NCBI RefSeq assembly: GCF_001194135.2
Contig: NC_068998.1
Location: forward strand, 51,559,191-51,623,190
Source: Octopus bimaculoides
Lineage: Eukaryota
DNA length: 64,000 bases
Direction: 5' to 3'
The position numbers and the translations under genes were made by a program. The notes beneath the pieces were generated by a model, which was not told the origin of the DNA, made no database searches, and saw nothing but the letters and a program-made list of their open reading frames with translations. Position 1 is the stretch's first letter. Each line of letters opens with the position of its first letter. Below, piece after piece: positions 38,443 through 51,562 of the stretch.

Positions 38443-40962
38443 TTAAAGCAAGGAATATTAAAACACAACTCAGGAATAAATGTGCCACGAAGAAGAAAAA
38501 AAACAGCAAAACGGTATTAATAAAAATATGTTATTTCAGTTAAAGGTTCCTGATTGTTTTTGACAAAATTACACTGGAGAAGACGTTGATGTGAGCTGTT
38601 TAAATGTTATTAAATAGTGATAAAGCATTCAAATTTACAAAGAGCAGACACCATTCACCCTATTTAGCTCTACTGATGACAACAATGATAATGCTAAAAG
38701 GCAGCTGTATTAATTATTTCTATCTGGAATATATCTAGCTTTAACGTACCATCTGTGATATTGTTTTAATGCCTGTTGTACAGCATAATTTATAACTTAT
38801 TCATCAAAAACACTGCTAAAAAAGTTTAAAAAATATGAGTAAAATGTTCTTAAATGAAATGGAGCTTAAAGACTGTGTATTAATATTGCTTTAATGTCTT
38901 GAGTTTGTGATATTTATTTAATCATAGATAATAGGAAAATGCTTTTCTCAATTCTCATATAAGTTAATCTACTCTTGATGATTATGGTATTTCAATCATA
39001 AAGGTGAAGACGTGGCTGTGACTGTATGGTAAGAAGTTTGCTTCCCAACCACATAGTCTCAGGTTCAGTTCCACTGTGTGAAACCTTGCACAAGTGTCTT
39101 TTGTTGTAGCCCTGGTCCAACTAAAGCCTGGTGAATGGATTTGATAGATGGCAATTGAAAGAAGCCTGTGGGGTATGTGCGTATGAATATATATATATAT
39201 AATGTTCATTCATTTACTTGTTTCAGTCATTTGACTGTGGCCATGCTGTAGCACCGCCTTTCGTCAAACAAATTGACCCCAGGACTTATTTTTTGCTGAA
39301 CCGCTAATTTACAGGGACATAAACACACCAACATCGGTTGTCAACAGGAAGGGCATTTGGCTATAGAAAGGCTGCCTCAATAAACTCCATCTGACCCATG
39401 CTAATATGGAAAAGCGAATGTTAAAGCAATCTGATGATGTTGACACTGTTCAGTGTGTCCTTTTTTTAAGATGTTAAGGTGTACTTTGAGAAGAATTTAG
39501 TTGTTATTTCTAGCAGGTCTAGCAACCACTTAGAGAGTTCCTCATTGGCTCACAATTGCATATCTGAAATTTGGTGTTGTAAAAATATTTAATTGCTTGA
39601 ATGAATACCTTTTTGTTTTCAATTTCACCTTTTATTCCAAATTCAATTTCTGCCAAGTTTTTTTTTTTTTTAATATATATTTTCCATTTTTCTTTTTTGT
39701 TTTGCTTCATTGCTTTTCACTGTGGGTCGATGAAATCTGTACCAATCATGTACTCTGGTTAATTCAATCAACCATACTCACTCCAAAATTATGGCTCTAT
39801 GTCAACAAGTGTAATTATTTATTAATTAGCAAATTCTTTTAATTAAATTTTACACTATCACTTCAGATTTATGGAAGATATCATAAACTTCATCATCATC
39901 ATAACCATCACCACCATCACCACCATCATCATCATCACCACCACCACCACCTCCGTCATCACAGCTGTTTTCCCATGTTGCGAAAGGATTTAGACAAGTC
40001 TTTTAGAGGCAGTGTTTTGTGTCCATTTTTTTTATTTTTGGCACCAACTTATTTTGTCACCTCTTATGCTACACAGAGATGTTGTGTACGTCTACGCTGT
40101 ACTGAGGTTAATATATAATTGACTGTACTAAGGCGCCAAGCTGACAAAATGCTGAGTTCAAATTCTGTTAAGGTTGACTTTGCTTTTTATCCTTTTGGGG
40201 CCAATAAAATAAAATAGCAATTGAGCAGTTGAATGGGATTGGCTCACTTGCACCCTTCCCATCAACATAGTACCATGTGCCAAAATTACAAAGAATATAA
40301 TTGTAATTGCTTGTACTGTACTAAGGCGCCAAACTGGCAGACTTCATTAGCATGTTGGATAAAATGCTTAGTCACAATTTTTTCCAGCTCTTTTTGTTCT
40401 AAGTTCAAATTCCACTGAGTTTCACTTTGGTTTTCATCCTTTTGTGGGTGATAAAATGAAGGACCACACAAGCACTGGGTTCAGTGTGATTGCCTGCCTA
40501 GCCCCTCCCTTCAAAATTGCTGGCTTTGCACCAAATTTACAAAGGATACAATGGGCTCTCCACTAAATGATAGACCTTGGCTTGTGTTACAAAGGAAGAA
40601 ATGGCAGAAATGGAAGACAAATGGAGGCTCTGAATGCTGTCTTTGGAATTATACAGAAGCTGTTGTTGCCATCCTCACCACTACTATCACTTAGATTTGA
40701 TTAAGCAAAACTATAATCATTCCATGTTTTACTTTTATTCTGTCTTGGAATCTAGGCATAATGTACCCTGGACTACATTATGCAATGTGTCATTCATTTT
40801 TTTATTATTTCTGTTCAGGTGCAGGCATTGTTGTGTGGTTAAGAACTTTGCTTCCCAGTCATATGGTTTCAGGTTCAATCCCACTGCATAGCACCTCTCT
40901 TCCTCTTATTTTAGTGGCTGTAAGCATTTTCACTATTGATTGACTGCACAGGGAATTCTCTA

Positions 40963-41223
40963 CAGCAGGGTTCTCAACTAGGGTCTATTTGGCCCTTTCA
41001 GGGTGGAGCCATATAAAATTTTCTCGTTAATATTTATGTGCAATAAATAGCTTTTACTTCTGCATTTCACCAAATATTAATTTTTGTTTTTTTATGCAAT
41101 TCCTAGTATTTCATTATAAAAATACAGTAGGATGTTGTTCTACACAACAAATGGCTGTGGGGCCCAAATGAACAAAATAGGAACCAAAGGGGTCCACAGG
41201 CAAAGAATGGTTGAGAACCATTG
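40963..41223. mobile_element. hAT-type MITE
   Basis: Ends 'cagggttctcaac' / 'gttgagaaccattg'; no clear TSD. Confidence 0.65.
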
Positions 41224-41997
41224 GCCAACAGCCAATTTCATCAGGGAATAGCCACACCTACACACCTTACTCCCTATAACCTTGAAAACATTCTGATAGT
41301 TGGCACTCCTCCATTCAAAGGCTTGATTTCAGGGTTAGTCTTTCTGATGAAAATAAAAACCACAAAACCATTCATTCGTCTCACATATGACCTTTTATAA
41401 CTAGCTGTATGGCAGTTCTTCCTGCTATAAAGGGCATGAATTGCAGTTGTAAATCTGGATGAATAGACTAATGCTTACTGTATGTTAGTAGGCAATGCAT
41501 TAGCTGATTACTAGCGCTTTGTAATATGCTGCAGGTTGTTATCAAATTTGATTGGATGGACAACGAAAGAAAAAGATTTAACTATCACTTGCAGCCTTTT
41601 AACAAAATTGTGTGAAAGTAACTCAATTAATGTTGTAAAAAAAAAAAGGAGAAAAAAAAACCTGAAATAATTTTGTAAACTGAATTTTATTTTTATAATG
41701 AATTCTTTCTCACGCTCTCTCTCTCATTATATGTGTGTGTGTGTGTGTGTGTATGTGTGTATTACATTGTGTGAATTGGGATATATAATCCAGGCGTTTA
41801 CTACAAAAAGCATGTCAATGTTGACTATCAAAAAAATTGAAAATTGAGAAGCTTTTTTTTTCTTTCTGGTGCTGCCACTCCAACAATCTAAAACATTTGA
41901 ACAAACATCCATTGAGTATATATAATAGAAATATCAAAGAATGGAGTTAGCAAATTACTTTAATACAATAAAATAATTTGCTAACTCCATCCTTTGA

Positions 41998-42036
<39 letters not shown>

Positions 42037-42489
42037 TTCTAATCTCTTTACTCATTGAAAGAGGGAATATCTCTGAAACCTCTTTTACTTATATTTTCAA
42101 ATAAGCGTTATAGTCTTTTGTTATAGATAATACCTAATTGGATTCATATCTCTTTTTCTCATAAGGATAAATATGAATCTCCAAGACTCTATTCTGCTAT
42201 TTCCTTTCTCAAGTCCTTTGTAAAAGTTTTGTTTATTCTTCTTGCACTGAAATGTACAGTGATATGTAATTAGTTTAATTAATTTAATTCAACCATGTAT
42301 TTGCCTGACTTTTATATCTCTGTACGAAACGATCGTCTGCATGAATTAAAATTCTCAAATATATTTTAACATCTTCTCTTCTCCATTTTTAAGAAAATTG
42401 TTGAGCATTATGGGATTTCTTTCCATAAATTCACAACACATCATATACAAGTATATATCTATCTATCTGTCTGTCTGTTTCAATATGTG

Positions 42490-42750
42490 AAGGGGCATGG
42501 CTCAGTGGTTAGAGTGTCAGGCTCACAATCATGAAATAGTGAGTTCAATTCCCAGGCCAGACTGTGGATCGTGTTCTTGAGAAAAACACTTTATTTCCAT
42601 ATTGTTCCAGTTCACTCAACTGTAGAAATAAGTTGGAATGTCTCTGGTGCCAAGCTGTATCGGCCCCTTTGCCTTTCCCTTGGATAACACCATTGGATTG
42701 GCAAGGGGAGTCTGGTATGCATGGACAACTGCTGGTCTTCTGTAAACAAC
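42490..42750 (+). mobile_element. tRNA-derived SINE, family D (a related head at ~46580-46670)
   Basis: Head 'ggcatggctcagtggttagagtgtcaggctcacaatcatga...gagttcaattccc' has strong A and B boxes; centre 'gtgttcttgagaaaaacactttatttcc...ccagttcactcaactg'. Confidence 0.8.
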
Positions 42751-43279
42751 ACACACACACACACACACATATTTATATTGTAATGCACATAACGAGAAAC
42801 TAAGTAATGACAGTGATGTTATCAGCTTCAAAGAAATATTTATTTATGTTAATTCATTTTTAATGGAAATCATTAAATTGTTCTTTTTTTTCCTCCTCAT
42901 CAATTATTGCATTGCAATTCCAGTTTGTCAATTTGTGCCAATTCCTGGTGAGAGGTATCATGGGAAATGTTACATTTCTCCAACTTTTTGGATAATATCC
43001 AACAACTAGGCCTGTTATTTCTTCAATATTTAATTTACGAGTCTTTTTAATACTTGGATCACAATGTCTTTTCATTCAAGTGTACCAGTTTATTAGTGCC
43101 AAAATACTCTTTGTTTTTTTCTCCTCCTGGGACTGGTAAAATGATATACCATATTTTCTGGTATACAATTAATGTATTATATTGTGTAAATATTCAAAAT
43201 TGTCACTATCTTTGCAAATCTTGCTGCATTTCATATGGAATTTTTGATGTTCCAAAATTGCAGGCCTTGGGCCTGTCAA

Positions 43280-43670
43280 AGAATGGATATTATATGGTAG
43301 CCAAACTTGGGCATCAAATAAGAGATAAAAATGTGATGAGCATGCTCTGCTTGATGTGTAATATTAGAGGACAAATGGGGTTGGAAGAAAATAGGGTGCC
43401 AGTGAAATGAGCTGCAGTTTGCAAGAGAGAAAATGACACAGGTGCTGATATGCGTGATGAAGATCCAAGTTGCGTGATGAAGATCCAAGTTGCGTGATGA
43501 AGATCCAAGCAAAAAGGGGAAAACTCAGGCTATATGAAGAAATGATAACTGATGCTGAGATAGTGAATCTAGTGAAAGAGATGATAAAGAAACCACAAGT
43601 GATGAATTGCGGTGACGAAAAGACCTCTCCACCTCATGCAAGCATTGGAAAAAAAGAGATGATGGAGCAG
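43280..43670 (+). mobile_element. Decayed RTE-clade LINE 3' end with a 20-bp triplication (tgcgtgatgaagatccaagt) at ~43451-43510
   Basis: Frameshifted peptides LYGSQTWA and SMLCLMCNI resemble RTE ORF2 (LYGSETW; MLRWMC). The 3' end 'catgcaagcattggaaaa...gatgatg' resembles the family C tail. Confidence 0.7.
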
Positions 43671-44584
43671 TGAATATTAAATGTGGTTTTCTCTGGAAAT
43701 AAATTAGTTTTTTTCACAGATATCCTCAGCTTATATGAAATAACAAAGTGTTAACTTCTGTTCTGAAGTGTTGAATTTAGGTGTGATGAAGACCTAAATT
43801 GATATCAAACAGTATTAAATTTAACTGGTGTTATAACTTCAAATTTTGTGCTTTTCTTCTCAAGTATTACATCGCTTCATGTTCCGGCTATGTTTCTGTA
43901 TGGTTTATATAAAATCTCTTGGTAGAATAATGACTCAGAAATAATTATATCTGACAGAATGGTTGTTGGTCGATGACAGGCATTTTACAAATGTAGAATT
44001 ACCATTTCTATCACTTTAGATTCATCTCTTTTATGTAAAAGAGTAAATTTGTTAAGTATTACAATATGTTGTATTTCATTACTATTCATACCTTCCTATA
44101 ATTTAAGTCTATTTATCACCATTAATCTTGTTTCTTTTTTCTTTTTTCCCCTCTTCTTGCTTTTTTTAAATATTTTTTCTATATAGTGATTTTTTTCTTA
44201 TACATCCTTTGTTTTACATGAAATTGTTGCACAGTTATACTATGAATCTTGTATTGATTTATATCCAAGATCATATTTATATATGATAGTCTAAATGTTT
44301 CAATTAAAACCTCCATTGATGGCTTATCTGTGGCATTTATTCTATGGAACTTGTCAGAAACAGGATTTTGTGTTAATGATACATAATATGTTGTGTGTGT
44401 GTGTGTGTGTGTGTGTGCACGTGCGCACATATGTTTGTGTGTGTATATTTAATACATACAGTCTTCTTTCCTCTATATTCTGAAGTGCCACATCATATGT
44501 ATGTGTATGTGTATATATAGATATACATGCATGTATACACATACATGTGCATATACAAGACATATATATATACATACATATATA

Positions 44585-44626
<42 letters not shown>

Positions 44627-45130
44627 CATGGATATATATGGATATGTACATGTTTATGTATATATATATATGTGTGTGTGTTTGTGTACATAGGCATACA
44701 TTCACGCACACTCACACACATCTGTATATGCATCATCATCATCGTTTTATGCCTGTTTGCCCTGCTGCAATAGGTAAGATTGTTCAACAGGATTCAATAA
44801 GATGGAGGAACTTGTCGCGCCCCCATGTCTTATTTTTAGCCTGGATTCTATGGCTGGATGTCTTTCCTAACCCCAACCATATATCTTCTTCAGAGCTTCC
44901 AAAACGAAATGCAAGTTTCTTTGGGAAAGCTTTGACATATATGGAAAAGATTAGTGATCAAATATAAAAATATCTATAATTATTAATGTTTCTTTTTCAT
45001 CTGTCTTGTGTTGTATGAGAATAAACAGGTGAATGAGACGGTGACTAATATTAGCATTCATATATATTCACAAAAAAAAAGTTGCTTATAATGAAATTGT
45101 GTTCTGTTTAAATCTCTTGATATTAAAATA

Positions 45131-45173
45131 ATCTTTTTTTTTATTTTTTCTGATTCTGTTTTCCCAGGTAAGT
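45131..45173 (+). other. Candidate recursive splice site (3' splice site immediately followed by a 5' splice site)
   Basis: atcttttttttattttttctgattctgttttccCAG|GTAAGT; motif only, no transcript evidence. Confidence 0.45.
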
Positions 45174-45327
45174 CACATATGGAAACTATATATATTTATA
45201 ATTCAGAGGTGAAATATTTACAGTCTTCTCAGGTATGAAATAAATTAATAACTCTGTGTGTGTGTGTGTGTGTATGTATGTGTGTGTGCACGCGCATATA
45301 TATGCGTGTGTGTGTATATATATATAT

Positions 45328-45362
<35 letters not shown>

Positions 45363-45397
45363 GTTGGAAATTCAAGTAGACTCAGTATCTGTGTCTA

Positions 45398-45432
<35 letters not shown>

Positions 45433-45585
45433 GGTGCAGGAGTGGCTGTGTGTTAAGTAGCTTACTTACCAACCACATGGATCCAGGTTCAGCCCCACTG
45501 CGTGGCACCTTGGGCAAATGTCTTCTATTATAGCCTTGGGCTATATTATACATGTATATATACATACATATATATATATACATAC

Positions 45586-45652
<67 letters not shown>

Positions 45653-45743
45653 TACATATACACATATATATATATATATACATATATGCATACATATATA
45701 CATACATATATACATATATATATGTATGTATATATATATATAC

Positions 45744-45780
<37 letters not shown>

Positions 45781-47529
45781 GAAAATATTTAAGTAATGGA
45801 GATTTATTCACATCCAGAACTTTATTATGAAAAAATTTTCTGCAGCATTTATAACAATGACCAACATATGTTTCTACTGCAACAACTGCACATTGCTCTG
45901 TATGCAATTATACATCCTAGTCGTTGCTGTTTCAGCAAGGGTCCATCACTTATGACATTTTCATACACACACGCACACACACACACACACACATATATAC
46001 ACCCTTACAAATGCATGTGACTTACACCCATACATATATGCACACACATGTATATGCATTTATATGCACGTGACACACACACATTAGAACCCATGACATT
46101 AAAATACCAAATGGATTACTTCAGTTACGCATGTTGCATTTCCAATATATCATTTCTTGACCGTGTTTGATGAGAGTTCAATAATATCTGATTTCTAACT
46201 TTGACCTGGGCTACACATACGTGACAAGTAATTTGAGAATGTTCTTAGAATGGAAATAATATAAAAATGTGTGAGTGACAGCAGAGAGTAAACGACCACC
46301 CTCACCACACACAAAACATAATGTCTGTGGATTTATCCCTTACCAGCTGACAACCTTATCAATTACCCTAGAAGACACTCTCATTCACTGACTCTCTCTC
46401 TCTCTCTCTCTCTCTGTTTGTCTGTCTTTCTGTTTGTCTCTTTCTTTCTATCTCTTTCTGTCTGTCTGAGTGTGTGTTTGTGTGTGTGTGTGTGTCTCTA
46501 TCTATCTATCTCTATCTATTTATCTGTCTATCTATCTATCTGTCTATCTATCTCATTGTGTCTATGTGTGTGTGTGTGTGAAGGTGCATGGCCTAGTGGT
46601 TAGGCTGTTGCACTGACAATTGCTAGATCGTGGGTTCAATTACCTGACTGGGTGGTATGTTGTGTTCTTAACATTTCTGCCAGTTTGCTGCCTTGACTCA
46701 AAGACATATTGAAAGAGTTAATCTATCAAATAGATTCCAGGCATAATTAAAACTAGGACTACATTATCAAATGTGTCCTTCCACTGTTTTAAAAAAATTG
46801 GAAGATTTGATTGTTATTTCTAGAAGGCCAACTAACTACACAGGGGCTTCATCATCTTCTCATTTAATATCATCTGTTGTAATGTATTTAATTCTGAAAT
46901 CTAATGAGCATTTCTTTTTTCTTTTTTTTTTTTTTGTAATGTCGTTGTGTTCATTTTGTTTATCCCTAGGGAAACTATAATTAAACAAGACTGCTAATGA
47001 GAAATATTCCTGTTGTGACAATATGCCTCGTTAGAGATATCTTGGATTGCAATTTTCAAAATAGCCTTTCCCTATGTAAGGCAATAATAATGTTGCCTCT
47101 AGGTGTTTTGCTCTGTGTGTGTGTGTGTGTGTGTGTGCATTTTGCATTTTGCACAAATTTTGTCTTTCTTTGCAAAGTATGGTGGGAGCATGGCTGTATG
47201 GTAAGAAGTTTGCCTTCCAACCACATGGTTCCAAGTTCAGTCCTACTGTGTGGCACCTTGGACAAATGTCTACTTTAGCCTTGAACTGACCAAAGCCTTG
47301 GTTTTGTGCCCCTAAACAAATTTCATTCTCACGCATATGGCTTAAAATATAAGTATTGTTCTTGGTTTAAATACCACCAGCCTCTCTAAACCCCCATCAC
47401 CCACTCATAGAACTCTTTTGATATTTGCTGCCCTCTTCTGACCTACCCTCCACCATCCACCATTGGAGACAGCTGCTGCACTTCAGTGAACCACTTCTCT
47501 CATTGAATTTGTCATTTATCAACATGATT

Positions 47530-47900
47530 GCCAATACAAATGGCCAAAATGGGGTTTGTTCGAGGGATCTCTGGAGTAACATTACTTTAGAGGGTGCATA
47601 GCACAGAGATCAGGGAGTTTCTCCAGGTCAAGCCACTACTTCACACTGAGAGGTCAAAGCTCCAGTACTACGGACACATGATCAGAATGTCACTGGAAAG
47701 GATTACAAGATGGAGTTTTTGAGCCAAGTCATCTGACAGGATACCTTGAGGTAGACCAAGAATGAGATGGTCAAGTAATATCCATAGTCTCAGTTGGTCA
47801 TGCTTGGGAATCAAGTCAGAAAATACAATGGTGGTTGCTTGCTATATGACCCTAAGGTGGATGTACCTGAGGACTCAACTCCTATGACCTTCCCAGGAGT
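47530..47900 (+). mobile_element. Decayed RTE LINE (Rex3/Expander-like) ORF2 C-terminus
   Basis: One frame gives MAKMGFVRGISGVTLL*RVHSTEIREFLQVKPLLHTERSKLQYYGHMIRMSLERIT...*GRPRMRWSSNIHSLSWSCLGI, matching the RTE pattern VEPLLLHIERSQLRW.GH..RM...GRPRTRW......W..LGI. Confidence 0.82.
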
Positions 47901-50798
47901 AGCAGGCAGGGAAGACAGGTGTGCTGTGTCATAAACATTGCATACTCGACAGTCCTCTCTTCCACATAGCTGCAGAGTCTCTCTGCAATTAGTTAGTGAA
48001 AGCTTCCATTGGGAGGAAGCTAAGAGTTCACTGTTGGTTGCAACAGTGAAACATTATTGTTAATATTGCAATATTCGTTATCTATAATTCTTAGTTTTGA
48101 CATTTTCATTACATAACATCTTTGTTTTTGTATTTTTTAAAATTATTTTATCTGTCTCTTTTTTAAAAAATTCTTTGTCAAAAGATATGATTATTATTCT
48201 TTTTTTAAAATTTTAACCTCTCCAACAATAGAAAAATCAGATATTGAATAATTTCATTTATCATGTAAAAAAAAAAAAAAAAAAAAAAAAGCAAATTCCA
48301 GAATCTCTGTAGACATGATACTTTAATTTACAAATTCAACTTACAACTATTGATTTTTCATGTGTTAAATCATCATGACCTAACTTCTTGTTTCCATAAG
48401 AGCGTTTTGCTTTTTCTCTTTATGCTTCTTTGTATTAAAATCCTATGAGTTTTTGAAAATTCTTCAGCTCCTCTTTTATGATATATTGTCTCTATTTTAA
48501 CTTACTGCTTCCTTCCAGTGTAACTGTATGTGCATTCTTTTGCTAGTTGCATTGGAAGTAAAGCGCTGGGTGATCTTGTCGAAACTGCATTTTCAAAGTG
48601 GTAACAGCTTCAGGGATAAAATGAAAGCCATGTCATAAATAAAGGGTCAACAAAATTGAGCTTATGGAAATCAATTAATGTGACAAGAAAAATAATAGGC
48701 ATGGCTATAAGACACGGACTGGCTATAGGCATGGGCATGACTATAGGCACGATCTGGCTATAGGCACTGACATTTTTTAAGCATGGTTATGATTTAGGTT
48801 AAGAAGTTTGCTTCTAGACCATGTAATCTTGGATTCAGTCCCACTACCAACCGATACATGTGAGTGTATTTGGTAGATGGAAACCATGATAAACCCATTG
48901 TGTATATGTGTGTGTACATGTCTTTGTGCTTGTCCCCCAACCCAGTGCTTGACAACAGGTGTCGATTTGTTTAAGTCCTTGTGACTTAGTGGTTCGGCTA
49001 AAGAGACAAATAAAATAATTCTCAGACTTAAAATAATCACTGGGTTTGATTTCTTACACTGCAAAAAAGGCTAATGGCAGTAATTTTCATTCAGAGATGA
49101 TATCTTTTATGGACGTATTGTGTTTGTGTGTACATGTGTGTTGGTTTGCATCTCTTTCACATGACAGTACATGTTAGTTACAAATAAACATCACCAGCAT
49201 AGAAATGCTGTCCTTCATATCCAATCGTCCATGAATCTGGCCATCAGGAAATAGGTGAGAATTAGAGACAGGAAGGTCATCCAGCCTCGACAAATTCTGC
49301 CTCACTCATATGAGCATGGAAAAATGGGCTTAAAACCATAATGTCGAGAGCAATGATGAAGCATTGACTTTTAGGAAAAAAACAAAATTATTTCAAATTA
49401 GTTTTTTTTTAGGTTGAATTTTATTAATGACAACATAAAAAGTTTTTTTAAAAAAAAGAATCACTGCAGACTGCTTTCTTTCAAAAATACTAATTTAAAT
49501 TAAAACTTACAATTTAAGATAAATCAATACAAGAAAGAAAATAGAAAAACACAACAACAAAAAAACACTTGTGTACCATTATTTATTGGCAGACTCCTTC
49601 ATCTGCAATAAATTATAAATTCTATACACCACTGGAGAAGGAAAGGAAGCATGAAACTATAAATTTTTAAATGTACAGACACACCATCATTCAGTATATT
49701 TATATTATGTATCTAAAAGTCTAGGTTTTGATCATAAATTGACTGGTGCACAACAATGTAGAGATTACCTCAAGAAAGTGTCTGAGAATATTTGATTAAG
49801 TTTATCACAGTCTATTTTCCGAAGGAAAAATAGACATCATCATCATTGTCATCATCATCATCATCACCACCACCACCACCATCATCGTCGTCGTCACCGT
49901 CATTATCATCTTCATCCCTTTTGCGTCCACATTCCATTCTGGCCTGTGTTGGACAGTTTTGCAGGAAGTGACAAGTCAGAGGACCACGTCATGCTCCAAT
50001 GTCTTGATTTTGGCAAGGTTTCTATGGCTGGATGCCCTTCCTAATGCCAACCACTTTACAGCATATACTGGGTACCGTTTTCGCAGGACTAATTCTAGAG
50101 AGGCTGCCTTGTAATTTGATTAGATTAAAACAACCATAACAAATGAAGAATATGAGAGAGAGAGAGAGAGAATGGTGGGGGGGAGATGATTTAGGTGGAT
50201 TAAAAGGTGAGGTATGATGAACAAAAGTGGTTATGCTGGGAATAACAAAATAACACACAACCAGGTGGCTTGCAGTATCCTTTCTGGTTCTTTGCATACT
50301 GAGTTCAAATCCAAGCCTGGTTTATTCAAATTGTAAACTTAATCCACTGCTTGGCTTAAACACCACAAGTTGGTCTCAAATAATAACTTCAATGTAACAT
50401 GTTAAAGAGGATAAAATGGTTGAGTAGAAAATGGTGTGGGGGTCACATTATATTGAAGATCTTCTAGTAGTCAAGTAAACACGATAAGTAGTTATGTATG
50501 AGTAAACAATCCATTAGCGCAATTTGACCCCTTCGCTTGAGTATCCTATTTATTTTGACAGGTTGATCGTTATTGTCATCAATTATCTTCATTGTTCATT
50601 ACTGGAGCTTAAACAATCTTTCTTGTGTTACAGTATCTTGACTGTCGCTGTATTTCACAACTGTAAATCAAATAATCCAATGAAAGAGCTATTGTATTAC
50701 TTCTTGACAAGCTAGATATAGCTGCCAAATTTTCCTCAAATCAAGTTCAACTGTCTTAAAAGATAAATACATTAAACAGCACATGCAGAAGAGATGTT

Positions 50799-50935
50799 AC
50801 AGTTCTATATTTAAGAGATGAGGAATTAGGTACATAATTTACATTTGACAACAAACAAGATGAGGAAAAATGTCCGTCAAATGTAAATAATGTAAATAAT
50901 GTACTTAATTCCTCATCTCTTAAATATAGAACTGT
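50799..50935. repeat. Inverted repeat: 30-bp perfect outer arms extending imperfectly to ~50 bp
   Basis: acagttctatatttaagagatgaggaatta (50799-50828) is the exact reverse complement of 50906-50935. Confidence 0.95.
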
Positions 50936-51424
50936 ATTTAAAGTTTGGTTTCTGTTGTTAAATAAAACTAATGGCGCTGTGGTTAACAATTTTGCTTCCT
51001 AACCACTTGCTATCAAGTTCAGTTCCACTGTGTGCCACCCTTGAGCCCTGGGCCAAATAGATTCTTGCAAGTAGCTTTATTTATATGAAAACTGAAAGAA
51101 TCCCAATGTGTGTGTATGTGTATCATCATCATCATCATCATCATTATCAGATGTCTGTTTTCCCTGCTGGCATGAGTTGGACAGTTCGACAGAGGCTGGC
51201 AGTAGGCCAGGAGTCATACTAGGCCCCAACTGTCTGTTTTGGTATGGTTTCTATGCATGGATGTCCTTCCTAATGCCAACCACTTTACAGAGTGTACTGG
51301 GTGCTCTTTACATGGCACAAGCATGCACGTTTTATACATGACACCATCACCAGTGCTTTTCACATGGCATCATCATTGACAAGGTCATCGTACAAGACAA
51401 AATATATATAAATATATCAATCAT

Positions 51425-51562
51425 TATTTTAATGTCAGGTTCGAAATTGCCCCAAGATACCTAATGAAGGCTGGAGGGTATATCAGCTGAAATGTTGTGT
51501 TAACAACAAACAAGATGAGGACAAATATCCATCAAATGTGAATAATGTAAATAATTCCAACT
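51425..51562 (+). mobile_element. Family F fragment (Penelope-like terminal motif); a second copy lies at 62680-62830 (-)
   Basis: 'atgaaggctggagggtatatcagctgaaatgttgtgttaacaacaaacaagatgaggacaaatatcc'. The ctgatgaag...gaaacgtt pattern is typical of Penelope-like ends (from memory). Confidence 0.6.

Noticed and set aside
42490-42570. tRNA gene-like sequence (also the heads at 20293, 34252, 46580 and 53480)
   Set aside because: A/B boxes are present, but there is no complete cloverleaf and each continues into a SINE body.
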